Source: the human T2T-CHM13v2.0 reference genome, Homo sapiens
Assembly (NCBI RefSeq): GCF_009914755.1
Contig: NC_060936.1
Strand: one strand, 5' to 3'
Length of the DNA: 64,000 bases
Every line of letters begins with the position of its first letter. The stretch's first letter is position 1. This document shows, piece after piece, positions 39,530-53,985 of the stretch. The notes below the pieces were generated by a model. It had not been told where the DNA came from. It worked only from the letters and a program-made list of their open reading frames with translations, and made no database searches. A program made the position numbers and the translations under genes.

Positions 39530-39934
39530 AAAGAACCTGCCTTCCCGTCACCACGCACAGCAGCCCCAGCAGACTGAAACCCCACCACGCAGGGCTCTTC
39601 CCACTGAAGACTGTTTGTTAATATTAATTTTGTCAAGTGCTTTATCATCTCCATGGGACAAGCAACTTGAATGACTGAAGACCACTGTCTTCCGGGGAGG
39701 TCATTCTTTTCAGCTCATCTGTTTTCTGTTAAGGATGCTTTCAAGGCGTTCCATAATGGCTTTTCCAAAACTGGGGATGCTAAGTAGCTCGGCCTTTCAA
39801 CAGTGCCCCCCTAGAAGTGAGTTTCCTTCTCTCCACCTTTTCCTCAATTTACTTTTGCTTCTCCAAATCAGCTTAACCAGTTGGCTATATACCCTTCTGC
39901 AATGTTGCCAGTAAGTTTATAGGAGCGTTGGTTA

Positions 39935-40307
<373 letters not shown>

Positions 40308-40349
40308 TTAAGCTGGAAGCTAGAACAAAGGAACATAAATTCATTATCT

Positions 40350-40800
40350 TATTATTAACTAATATAGATGTGTTCATCCCCTCCTATACTTCCAGGTAGT
40401 ATTCTAAACCTTGGGGATACAACAGTAGCCAACACAGTTTCTCATCTAGAGGTGCTTACATCTTACCAGAGAAGATAGAAAATGAACAAAGGAAAACCAA
40501 ACAAGATTTCCAATGGTGTTAAGGGCAACAGCGACAGCCTAGCAATGTGATAGTTTCTGGAGCTGCAGGCCTTAAGGTGTCTGCCTGAGGCGGGTGTTTA
40601 AGTGTTTGACGGTGTTGACTTCTATAGGGAGCAAACGTGCAGAGAGTAGCTGGAGGGAGAGCAAATGCAGATGTGGTGTGTCTGTGGAGCAGGCAGAGGT
40701 CCCAGGGTAGCTGGAGCGTAGTGATCAAGGAGGGAAAGCAAAGGCTGAGATCAGAGGGAGAGGATGCATCCAAGTAACAGATTTCAGGGGCTCCCCAGAG
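40350..40800 (-). mobile_element. L2 fragment
   Basis: attctaaaccttggggatacaacagtag...gtagctggagcgtagtga...gctgagatcagaggg. Confidence 0.55.
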
Positions 40801-40846
40801 CACGTCCTCCTGACGTGACAGCTTCTCAAAGACTGTTTCTTTTTTA

Positions 40847-41381
<535 letters not shown>

Positions 41382-41603
41382 TCACTCCCAATGGCCCCTC
41401 TTCCTAAAATACCCCTGCCTGTTCCTCCTGGCTTTCTCTCACTTATTGTTCAGCTTTCAGCTCAAAGGCCCTGTCTCGGGGAACCCTCTAACCCCCTGGG
41501 TTTAGTTGCCCCAATTTTAGGGATTGTGCCAGGCTTTCTTCATATCATAGCCCTCGCCACATTTTACTGTAATGCTGGGACCATGCGCTGCTGAGCTGGA
41601 GGT

Positions 41604-41651
41604 GGGGCTGGGGTGGGGCTGGGGTGGGGTTTGGGGTGGGGTTTGGGTGGG
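41604..41651 (+). other. G-quadruplex-forming motif (seven G4 tracts plus two G3 tracts)
   Basis: ggggctggggtggggctggggtggggtttggggtggggtttgggtggg, loops of 1-3 nt. Confidence 0.75.
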
Positions 41652-41659
41652 AGTGTGTT

Positions 41660-42112
41660 CCACAGTGGCTTGTCTAGTTTCAATCCATTTCCTGCCCTTC
41701 CTTCGTTGAGTGATCCCTGCAAACTACATTTTCCGGACCCCTTGCCAACTGGATTTTGGCTACATGTAGCCAGCAGGAGGCCCTGGTGGGCAGTTGACAG
41801 TGGGAAGGAAAAAAGAAGCCTGGGTGTTTTTTGGCCTCTGCTTCTGATGGTGTCACAGGCAGTGGCTCCCGTTCCTCTGTGGCTGCAGCTCCCACAGGGA
41901 AACTCTCAGTGTAGACCCAGCTCTTATCCAGTGAATTCACCCCTGGGGTCATCACCCCCAGCGTTTGTCCCTTGACCCTGAAGGTGGAAGCATCTTCCTC
42001 TCGTTGATAATCTCAGGTTACCTAACTTGTCTGCTCCTTCTACACCTTTATAACCAGAATTAAATCTCTGCTGCAGAACTGCCTAGGATGGGCTTGGTTT
42101 TCCTGCCTGATG
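41660..42112. mobile_element. LTR33/LTR16-like ERVL LTR remnant
   Basis: ccctgcaaactacattttccggaccccttgccaactgg...ttaaatctctgctg...gttttcctgcctga. Confidence 0.5.
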
Positions 42113-42568
42113 AGCAAAGAATAAGAAGTACCCAGTGACCGAGCCCTTCCAGGTACTGGGGGACAGGACCTTCCTGTGGCACTGGGAAACCTGGGGCAGC
42201 GATGATGGCCAGGGCACCTGGGCCTCTGACATGTTGCTCCGGAGGAGACGGTTGCCTTGCTGCTGCTACTTTCATACAGAAATAGGATCTCCATATTTGA
42301 AACTATTCCCTTAAAAAATCCTTTTTAACTGTGGCTGCACATAGGGATACCCCAGGAAGCTTTACCAAAATGAAAAGTGATACCCATGCTCGCCATAGAT
42401 AAGCTGAATCTGCAAAGGAGAAAGAGAAAAGGAAGGTTTTTTAAAAAGCAAGAGTGTTCTTCTGAAGTTCACCAAGTGATTCTATCATGCAGCCAAGGTT
42501 GAGGACCTTGAACAAGAGGACAGAGATTGTTAGTGTAAATTATTCCAGAATGAGTATAATACAGACCC

Positions 42569-43252
<684 letters not shown>

Positions 43253-44721
43253 GACTCATACCCCTAATACAAAGGGAAGTGCTGCAGCGAGAATTGGATG
43301 GCTTTCTCAAGTGGAGTGGACCCATGCCTGCTTGGGAAACACCTTTGCAGCTGGGCACCACAGGGGGCATGGAGGGACAAGAGCAGAGCAGCCCCAAGAC
43401 TTGCTGCCTTCCAATGCACTCTGGTCAGTCTCCTCGCGTGTCTTTAGCCAAATGGATGGGGCCCTGATCACAGGTGTGAGGGAACTCCCTCTGGCAGTCT
43501 GGGGCCCACCATGGACCACAATGATGCGCTTCTGCACCTCTCCCACTGTGCCTGGCACAAATCTGGTGCCTGGTGAATGCTTGATGGATGGACAAATGGA
43601 TGAATGAGTTGGATGCTGAGTAGAGAAAGCCTTCTGTTTTAAATGTAAAAACTATATCCCCCCAGGGCCTTCTAGTCTTAGCAGTTAGTGCTACCACAGA
43701 GACCCTCAACCCATCAATTACGAAAATTAACTGTAAATTATCCTTTTGCATAGTTAATTCAGCCTCTTCATTCTGTGTTTAGTAGCGCTCAGCAGGCATA
43801 AAATTCAATAGCAAGCTTTGGAGCAAATCCAGTTTCTGTCGTCTGTGATATTTTGAAAATGCAAAGTTTTAGGAGTGGACCTTGGAGCGTGTCTTTCCTG
43901 GAAGGTCTCCAATGAGCTCTGCATCTCGCTTCTCTCTTGGAATGGGCTCAACCCTTCTGGAAAGGCTGATAGCTTCAAAGGATGCGTCTGTCCTCCTCTC
44001 CAGCTATGCAGAGAGGCCTACTCCCTTCTTGAGTAAAAATGAATACCAACCTGACTTGTGGAAGGAAAGAAAAGTGTGACTGTCGGGGCACTCGGCTCCT
44101 GGCGCAATCACCCAGTCATTCTTCACTCCGCAAACATTTGCTGTGCACTTTCTACGAGTCAGTGCTGTGATGTATCACGAGGCGATCACGGGGAGTAGAA
44201 CGGTGTCCTTGCTGCCATGGGACTCATGACAGAGAAAGGAGGAGGAAGATGGTGAACACGAAATGCATAGAAATGCATCCTGCACCGAGGCTGTATACAT
44301 AAAGTGGCCAAGTGAGTCCCGTGTAACCAGGGTGGATGTCATGAATAAGTGAGCCATGGATGGCAGGGGTGAATGCCAAGATGGGCGAGCCCTGGGGAAA
44401 AGCACAGGCAGGGGCACTGAGGTGGAGGGCGCTTGGCGGGTTGGAGTCGTCCTAAGGTGGAAGGACCTGGTAAGAGGGTAGGGAAGGGGATCAGTGCAGT
44501 GGCGGTGGAGGGACAGCTTATTATTAGGCTTGTGAGAAAGTAATTGCCTTTTAATGGAAATAACTTTTGTGCCAACCTAGTATCAGGATTTGGGAGGTAA
44601 AAGCATTGCAGATCCTGAGGCCAGGCTCAGAATCGTCATTTGATAAGCATTTTGTGGCTGAGTATGGTGACCGATTGCTTGCTCTGGGAGCAGAGTTTCC
44701 TGATATTCACAGTTTTCTTTT

Positions 44722-44985
44722 CTGTGATCCCAGCACTTTGGGAGGCTAAGGCAGGAGGATTGCTCGAGGCCAGGAAACAAGCCTGAGCAATGTACCGAGA
44801 CCCTCTCTCTATAAAAAATTTAAAATTAAGAAAATTAGTTGGGCATGGTGGTCAGTACCTGTAGCCTAAGCTACTCAGGAGGTAGGAGGATCACTTGAGC
44901 CCAGGAAGTCGAGGCTGCAATGAGCCACGATGGCACCAGTGTGCTGCAGCCCGGACAGAGCAAGACCGTGTCTCTAAAATAAGAA
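44722..44985 (+). mobile_element. Degenerate AluJ, 5'-truncated
   Basis: ctgtgatcccagcactttgggaggctaaggcaggaggattgctcgagg...gaggctgcaatgagcc...gcaagaccgtgtctctaaaa. Confidence 0.85.
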
Positions 44986-46871
44986 AGGTTTTTAAACCAC
45001 AATCCACTTCAGCTTACCAACGCATGAGTGTATTTCCAATCTACAAGCTCCAGCGTGCAAAACAATCTGTGCAGCCCTATTTCTTCAACAGGCATTGCAC
45101 TTGGTGTCTCCCCACATTCTATCTGGTGGCAGAAAACTTCATCTTGCTCATTCCAGGTCTGATAAGGAATTTCCAGTTGAAACTTGGTTGATTCAACCTC
45201 TCGAGCTCTGCCTGATCTGCCCAAGATTGACCCAGGAGGGCAAGCTCGTCATGGCACTGCCCTGTGGGGGAAATGTTAGGTCTTCAGGTATTCACCCTCT
45301 TGTGGCTTCCTTCACAGGGGTGTACGATTCCATCGTTTAGCCCTGAAATTCACCAAGGCATCCATGTTTCTACCTGGTCTCCAAGTACATGGTCTGTGCC
45401 ATCCTCACTGCTCCACCCATTCTTCCTGCAAGAAACTGAGGCCAGGTTCAGACTTGCCTCCGTTCTCACCTCAGCTAACTTCAGTGACCCATCCTGGAAT
45501 TAGGCCAATGTCCCACTGCTTTCCATACCATTCAGGGCTTTAACGTCCTGGGGATTAGGGTGGCTTCCTCTGAGTTCCTCTCTGCCTGGGCATCCCAAGC
45601 TAATCCTGATCTACCTCTGCCACATGCTGCCAGCAAAGTGCAGAGGAGACTTTATGATCACTTGGGAATGAGCAAGAGAACTCTAGCAATCAGAACCTTC
45701 ATCTATTGCTGCTTGACAAGGTGGCCCAAGGTTACTGGCTCCAAACAAATATTTGATATTTCTCACTATAAGTTGGAATTTTCTGGGCAGTTCCTCTGTT
45801 GGAGCTGTATCCATCTGAGGCAGTCACTTGGGGCTGGGTTGGCCAGGCTTCTCCCCTCTCCACAGGATTCTGCATCTAGGGGTCTTCATGACACATTGGC
45901 TTCAGAGCAGTGCACGGAGAGAGTGAAAAAAGCAGCTAGAAGGCTCCCAAAGGCCCTGGAAATTTTGCATTATCAGTTCTGCAGCCTTGCAGGGGCTGAA
46001 ATGAATCACAGGGCCAGGCTAGATTCAGGCGGGTGAGGAGACAGATGCTCCTCTTGATGGACAGCACAACAGAGTCCCCTTGCAGAGGGGTGTGCATACT
46101 GGGGTGGGTAGCATCTGAGACCATTTAATAACTTACCACAGGGTCTAACCAAGAGAACAGATGCTGCTTTTAGCAGTTACAACAGAGGGAATGAGAGCAC
46201 AGGAAACTGGCTCAAAGTGAGGACTGAGCTCAGCCCTCGAAAGGACCTGCACCCACTTGTGCCTCTCCCCTCCAGCAGGCCCTCCATGCCTGTGTTTAGT
46301 CTGGCCAGGAGTGGATGCTGGGCGGAGGGCTTGGTGAGTATTCTTCCCGAATATTTTCTTCACTTAGAGCCAGTCTACAGATTACTTTATATATTTACTT
46401 TTTTACTCAGGAGCCCTAAATGTTACATCTCTTTTCTTCCACTGTGCTGGCTTTTCTGAGGGCAACAGCAGCCTCCTCACTACCTTCCAGGACTCAGGGT
46501 GCGGTAAAGAAGCTCAGTTAGTCACCAGTAAGGAAAACTGCCTGGTTAATATTTCATAGCATCATATAAAACTGTGCAAACTAGAGTGTCCACAAGCAGC
46601 AGGAGGCAAATTGGAGGCCCTGAGAAACAAAGCTAGAAACAAAGACTTCTATGTCCTTAAGGAAAGGACTCTGATTGTGGTCAGGACAGGGAAGAACCCC
46701 ACTTGTGGTTGGGCCAGAGTGGAAGTAGGGTCATATTAGCTGCTATGGAATGGGGAAGTGTAGAGAGAAGAGAGTGTCGAGAAAGAATGTTGAAGGTGCA
46801 GGTTTTCCCTCCGTGTCTCTCTCCCTGGTGGAATTTGCCTCTCCCATCCAAAGCCTTTCCAGCAAGGAGCT

Positions 46872-47174
46872 TGTATGAGTCAGGGTTCCCCAGAGACATA
46901 GAACCAATGGGGTGGATGAGTCCATAGATATAGATTTAGGTAGACAGATTTATGGATACGTGGGATGGATGGATAGATATGATAGGTTGATTGATGAATA
47001 GATTGGATGGATGGATTGAAGGATAGATAGAATGGATAGAGTGATTAATTGATTGGTAGATAGATGGGATGAGTGGATGGATGGATAGATGGACGTGTGG
47101 ATAGAAAGATGGATGGATAGATAGATGGATAATAGAGGGATAGATAGATGGCTAGATAGATAAATAATGGATGG

Positions 47175-47226
<52 letters not shown>

Positions 47227-48340
47227 GGATAGATAGATGATACAAATGGATAGATCATAGAGGGATAGACAGATGGCTAGATAGATAAATAATGGATGGA
47301 AGATAGATAGATAGATAATAGATGGATAGATAGATGATACAAATGGATAGATAGATCATAGAGGGATAGATGGCTAGATAGATAAAAAATGGATGGAAGA
47401 TAGATAATAGATGGATAGACAGATGAAACAAATGGATAGATAGATCATAGAGGGGTAGATAGATAATAGATGGCTAGATAGATAAATAATAGATGGAAGA
47501 TAGATAATGGATGGAGGGATAGATAATAAATGGATGGATGGATAGATAGATAATGAATAGATAGTAGATAGATGATGGATGGATGGATGGATGGATAATA
47601 GATGGATAGATAGACAGACAGATGGCTAGATAAATGATGGATAGATGGATGATAGATGATGGATGGATGGATGGTTGAATGGATGGATGGATGCATGGAT
47701 GCATAGATAATAAATAGATGGATAGATAAATAATAGATGGGTAGATGGATGGACGGATGGATAGATAATAAATGGACACATAGATAATAGATGAATGGAT
47801 GGATGGATGGATGGATGGATGGATGGATAATACATAGATGACAGATTATGGATAGGTAGATGGATGGATGAATAGACAGATAAATGATAGATAGATAGAT
47901 AGATAGATACATAGATACATAGATACATAGATAATGAGGAGTTGGCTCATGCAATTATAGAGGCTGGCAAGTCCCGAAAACTGCAGTTGTCAAGCCGAAG
48001 ACCCAGGAGAGCCAGCAAAGTACTTCCATTCTGAAGGTATGAGGACCAGGAGAGACAATATTTCATTCTGAGTCCAAAGGCAGGGAAAAAACTGATGTCC
48101 CAGGCAATCAGACAGGAGGAATTCCCTCTTACTCTGGGGAGAGTCAGCCCTTTTGTTCTGTTCAGGTTTTCAGTTGATTGGATGACATTCACCCACATTG
48201 TGGGGGGCCAAGGGCTTCACTCAGCTGAGGTGTTAATTTCTCCCAGAAACACCCTCACAGATACACCCAGAATAATGTTTGCCCAAATGTCTGGGCATCC
48301 CATGGCTCTGTCAAGGTAATGCATAAAATTAACCCTCACA
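46872..48340 (-). mobile_element. MLT2B-like ERVL LTR containing a ~1-kb microsatellite expansion
   Basis: tgtatgagtcagggttccccagagacatagaaccaat...[repeat]...gaggagttggctcatgcaattatagaggctgg...ccagaaacaccctcacagatacacccag...cataaaattaaccctcaca. Confidence 0.85.
46925..47935. repeat. Complex (GATA)n/(GGAT)n satellite-like tract with a perfect (GATA)11 at 47177-47220
   Basis: Direct reading of the sequence. Confidence 0.97.
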
Positions 48341-49659
48341 GAGACCAGATGGGGCAGGAGGACAGGGGTGCATTACGGATCTGGTGTGATAGCCTTCGAC
48401 ACCCTCAGTGGCATCACGTCAAACCACCTCCTGAGGCATCGGCTGAGGAGAAGGAAGTGGGAGAGGACAGCTTCATGCATGAGGCACCACTGGGTTTTCC
48501 CTCATTCCCCTTTTTATTGCTTCAGGTGTCTCATAAGGTCCTGGGCAGCAAGGTTGGTTTCCCACGCTGGAGAATTTATACTCATTGGAGAGCGAGATGT
48601 GAAAGGGTCATTGTCAGGTTCCTTGATCTTTTCAGGTCATTTGTGGGGTCTTTAGAGCCTCCATGCACCCTAGTTCCTTCTTCTCTGAGAATCACTTTGA
48701 AAGATTCATCATTTTTTGGCAGAACCCTCTGCCCAGCATGTTAATTGGATCTGAAGGGCTGGACTCAGTGCCCGCTTTGGGCTGGCCTAGGGCCCACCAT
48801 TGCAGCACTGGGAAGCCCACTGTGATGTCTGTGGAGCACCAGGAGCCTGCTTGGGCTGGGGGCTATCTGAAGCCAAGACACCCAAACCTCTGAGGCCTTC
48901 TCAGCAACTGCACTTCCTGAAGTGTGACCTAATTTAGCTCAAGCTTCAGCTGCTGGAGAATGACTACATGACACACTTCTGGTATGTGAGGCCCATGCAG
49001 GCCACCTGCTGTGCTTCAGGAAGTTGCATCCTGCATGGAAAATAAAAACCATCAGGCTCTCCAGAGCACAACAGACCCCTCCCCCGTGTGGCCAGGGGTT
49101 CCCTGGAGCCACCGCCTGGGGCTTTCACATAGGAGGGGCCGGGAAGAACTGGAAGCTCCCATAGTCTCTCTCCTCTCTTAAGGGCTTCGTTTCATCCATA
49201 GTTTTATTCCCCCTGCCTGTATTTCCCTCGCTGCCCAGCCTCCTTTCTTAATTGGATTCGCTTCAACATTTATGCAGTGGGAGATTTCCCATTTTTAAAA
49301 AATCCAAACTTCTGTTTTATTCTTGGAAAACAGACCTTCTGGCAACAAGGGGCCCAGACTTCCACCTGGCTGTGGTGCAGCTGCCCCTAAATGTGGCAGA
49401 GGGGCCCCTAGTGTGTCACAGCCTCTGTCAAGGCCTGTGTGTGACAGTGCAATCACTTGCTTTCTACCTGCCTGGCTTCCAAAGGCGCTTGAGTTTGTGG
49501 ACTCTGCCACAGATGGACACACCTCTCTGCCTCTCTTGCCCTCATGCCAAGCGACTTATCAAAGGGGCAGGTCTCGGTTCCAGGGGCCTCTCTTGTATAT
49601 TGACAAGCTTTTCAGAGAGTAGATCTTTTCTAGAATTTTTAAAATGCATTTTATGGATA

Positions 49660-50455
49660 TGAAGTCCTGTTATTGCTGGGGCTCACCAGTAAACAAAGCA
49701 AGTTTTTAAAACCCTTTCACGGGGCTTACATTTTAGATAAGAGGAGGTGGAAGAAGTCAACAAATACGATGAATAAGGAAGACACAGGACAGGTCGGAGG
49801 GTGACGAGTGCTGTAGAAAAGGCCAGAAGTAGAAGAGGAGGCAGGAGGTGTAGGTGAGAGGGTGATATGGGAGGGTTCATGTGAGCTGAGACCTAAAGGA
49901 GGTTGAGAAAGCCTCCGGATGTGTGACCAAAGATTATTCCAGGCAGAGGAGGGAGCAAAGTGCAATGATCCTAAAGCAGGAATGTTCCTGGAGTGTTTGA
50001 AAGCTTCCAGGAGGCCAGTGGGGCTGGAGGAGAATGAGCAAGGGGAGGGGTAGGAGAGTCCCAGGGGTGAGGGTGGGTGGCACCAGTTAGGCTCAGCCTC
50101 AGAAGCCCTGGTGAGGACTTCAGCTTAAGCCAAGTGAGATGGGGAAGCCCTTGGAGGTTTAGGCCGGAGAAATCTCTGGCCCGAGTCACATCTCAGCAGA
50201 ATTATTCTGGTTGCTGCATTGAGGAGAGAGGTAGGGGAAGTAGGGGGTTAGGGCCGAAATGGGCATATCCCAGTTAGGAGGCATTGAAGTGAGCCAGGTA
50301 AGAGATGATGGTTGCTTGGGCTGGAGCAGTCGTAACGAAGGTGGTGGGAAGTGCTCAGGTTCGGGATATGTTTTCAAGATAATCCTGTTGGACTAGGTGT
50401 GGCATGTGAAAGAAAGAGAGCATTCAAGAATGACTCCTGGAAATTTTAGCTGTGT
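49660..50455 (-). mobile_element. L2 LINE fragment
   Basis: tgagctgagacctaaagga...ttccaggcagagga...gcaaagtgc...gaggccagtggggctggag...tcaagaatgactcc. Confidence 0.75.
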
Positions 50456-51779
50456 TTACTCCTCACATGACGACTGATGTCATAGTAAGAGCTACCATTT
50501 GTGGAGCATCACCTGTGTGCCCGACTCTTTGGGCGTGTTAGGTATGCACATTTCTCTCTCTAAGTATGCATAGCACCCCTGGAAGGAGATGAGGAAACTG
50601 TGGTTTTGAGAGCATAAATCACAGAAGTAATGTCTCAAGGCTAGTAAATAATTAAGTGTGAGATTCATACCCAGGGCATTGACTCCAAAGCTTGTGGTCA
50701 CGCTCTCCCATATGCTGCAGCAAGGAAAATAAATAACAGGGCCAGGTCTAGCTATATTTAGGGGAAGGAAGGGATGCAAATGTCATTCTGGAAAGATCAC
50801 TTAGATCAGGACCTGGGGAGCTTGGATAAAGTCTCATCACTCACCTGGTACCGTCAGCAAATCTTAGGACACATGGCCTTAGAAAGATAAATGCATTGAA
50901 GTCTTTCTGGGCTATTAAACAGGAGAAATAGTTGTAGCAATGCTAAGAGCTTCCACTTGGTGGGTAGTCGCTACCATATGCATTAAGCTCTACACATGTG
51001 CTGTGCCATTTATCCTTGCAACAAACAGCCTCACAAGGGTTGGCTTACTACAGGTCAAAAACCGATTCTTCTAGAGGTGAAGTTAATATCCCTGCATATT
51101 AGAATCACCTGGGGATCTCTTAAGACTCCCAACAGCCAGGACTCACTTCAGACCAATGAAAGCAAGATCTCTGAGATGGGACTCAGGCATCAGAATTATC
51201 TGTGTGTCACCACGGTTCAGAACTAGTGAGTTAAGTAATTTGCCCAAGTTACCCCTCTGCTAAATAGTGAAGTCAGAATTCAAACCCAAATGTGTTCAGT
51301 TCAGAACCCAGAGTTGTAAGATCTACCCAACCATATCTGTGCATAGAAATTAGGAAATAAAGAAAAAAAGAAAGTGAAAAGCTTGTTAATCACAGAGAGA
51401 AAACACTTCTGTGTACAGCAGTAATTCTCCACATTGACAACACATTAAAATCACTTAAGTTTAAAAATTACTAATGTCTGAGTGTCACCTCTCAAGATTC
51501 TGATTCTGTTAGTGTAGGGTAGACACAGCTATTGATAGTTTTTCTTTTAATTTCCCCACGTAATTATAATATTCAGCCAGGATGGAGAGCCCCTGATTTA
51601 GAGGAGGGGGAGGCTCAGGTTTCTTCCATAAGGATTGCAGATCTTTTAAGCAGTTTCACTGGCATGGATATGATTTGCAATACTCTTTCTTTTTTCATCT
51701 TTTCATGCATTATCTGCTTCTGTAAATTTTTAGGCTTTGGAGAATGGGGTAGAGAGAAGTGAAATGTGGCTTGTTTGGG

Positions 51780-52360
<581 letters not shown>

Positions 52361-53794
52361 TAATTCAAGGGTGCTTGGAAATAGGGTGACCTTCATACTC
52401 TTTGCTCCTCCCTGCTGCCTGTCTCTGTTATCCCACACCCTGAACTAGGTACAGAGAGCATGGATGAAGGAGGGACTTCCTCTGTAAAAGGCCAGATTCT
52501 TTCTCATTCCCCTGGCGTATTGGATCTGGGTGTGTTAGCTTAGCTCAGCCAATCAGAGCTCCTTAGTCAGACCTTTGAATGAGGGATCCTTAAGGCAAAG
52601 CCTCAAGAACAGGAGAAAGTTTTGACAGCACTGTCCTCTCTAGAACTGGCATCTGAAGTTCTAGCTTTGTAGCCTTCCTTTGCTCCCACCTAGGCCCCAT
52701 GCCTATTTCTCCAGTCAGCCTGGTAATTTTGAGGCATTTGTTCCATTCTCTTTTCCTTGTCAATCAATGCAGGGTCTTTTCTGTTGCTTGCAACTTGTGC
52801 CACCAAGGGATGTGCCTCAGCACCATGGAGAGATCCCAGAAAGCCCTCAGATGTGAGTATTGACATTAGGGTCAATGAGACTTTCTAAGAAAGCCCTTTC
52901 CAGTGAGGAAGCAAGTGTCCTTGCCTTCATGAAATACTCATGAGGTAGAATGAAATAAAGCCAAGCCTGGATCGAGTGATTCTCTTCTCCTGAAGCGGCT
53001 TCCCTATGAGAAGGCTGATTTTCTTTATTTGGTTAGTCTCTTTTCTTTCTGCGGGCACTAAGCTGTCAACCAACTTTGGAGCTAAAATCCCTGACTCCCT
53101 GTAGTAGGGAGGTAAAGCCCTTTTGGCTTTTAACTCACCCCCAGACTCAATTTTCTTACCAAATAGAGTCTGACAGCTAAGAGGTTTGGTAAATTAGGTT
53201 TCCAGTGGTCCAAACTTTATTGTGACTGTTGGGAGAATTCATTTGCTTTTGAGTAAGAGCTTTTTAAGCCAATTTTGAAAATTTAGTTCAAGAGTTACTG
53301 CAAGAAATCTACACTATTGATTTATCAAGTGATAGTTCTTGGGTGCTCTCTGGAGTCACTTAAGTGTTTAAATTCCTCTCTTTATTACTCCAACAACATC
53401 ACAAGCCCCATATGAGCTGATGTGAAAGACTCTTGGTCCCTTCAAGGCAAAGCTTAGCAAATATTTCAGTCTGATTAGAGTCAGCGGAAAGGCACTGACC
53501 ACAGAAGAATTGAAAGAAGAAAAGATTTCTTATTTTTTTAGTCTCTATCTGCCAGTACAACGTGCATTATGGCATTGTGTCTACAGAGGCAGGCACTCAG
53601 GAAATGCACTGTATACAAATCTTAATGAGTCCCAGTTCACAGTGAATGGCTGAGAGCCTGCCCCTCCACTGTGGTTCGTTCTCAGGAAGCTCCTGAACCA
53701 GGCTTCAAAAGTGTGCCTGAATGGTGGCTTTAGGCAGCCAACCCTAAAGCCACTGAGCCTGAATGCGATGTCAAGTCCTGCTAAAAACAAGAAA

Positions 53795-53985
53795 CAGCTT
53801 CCATTTATTGATGCTTGCTGGCATCAAGTTCTGTTCTAAGCACTTTGACTTGTTCATTCATATCAACTCCAAAATGAGAGGGATTAACATCCCCATTTTG
53901 CAAATAGAGAAAATGAGGCAGAGTTGTTCGGTCATCCAGCCAGTACCTGGGGAAGCCAGGCTGTGAGTCAGGAAGTCCTTTGAAG
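53795..53985 (-). mobile_element. MIR SINE
   Basis: ccatttattgatgctt...tgttctaagcacttt...ccccattttgcaaatagagaaaatgaggcagag. Confidence 0.7.

Noticed and set aside
46950-47954. Several IYLSIHPS-repeat ORFs
   Set aside because: Translations of the GATA/GGAT microsatellite.
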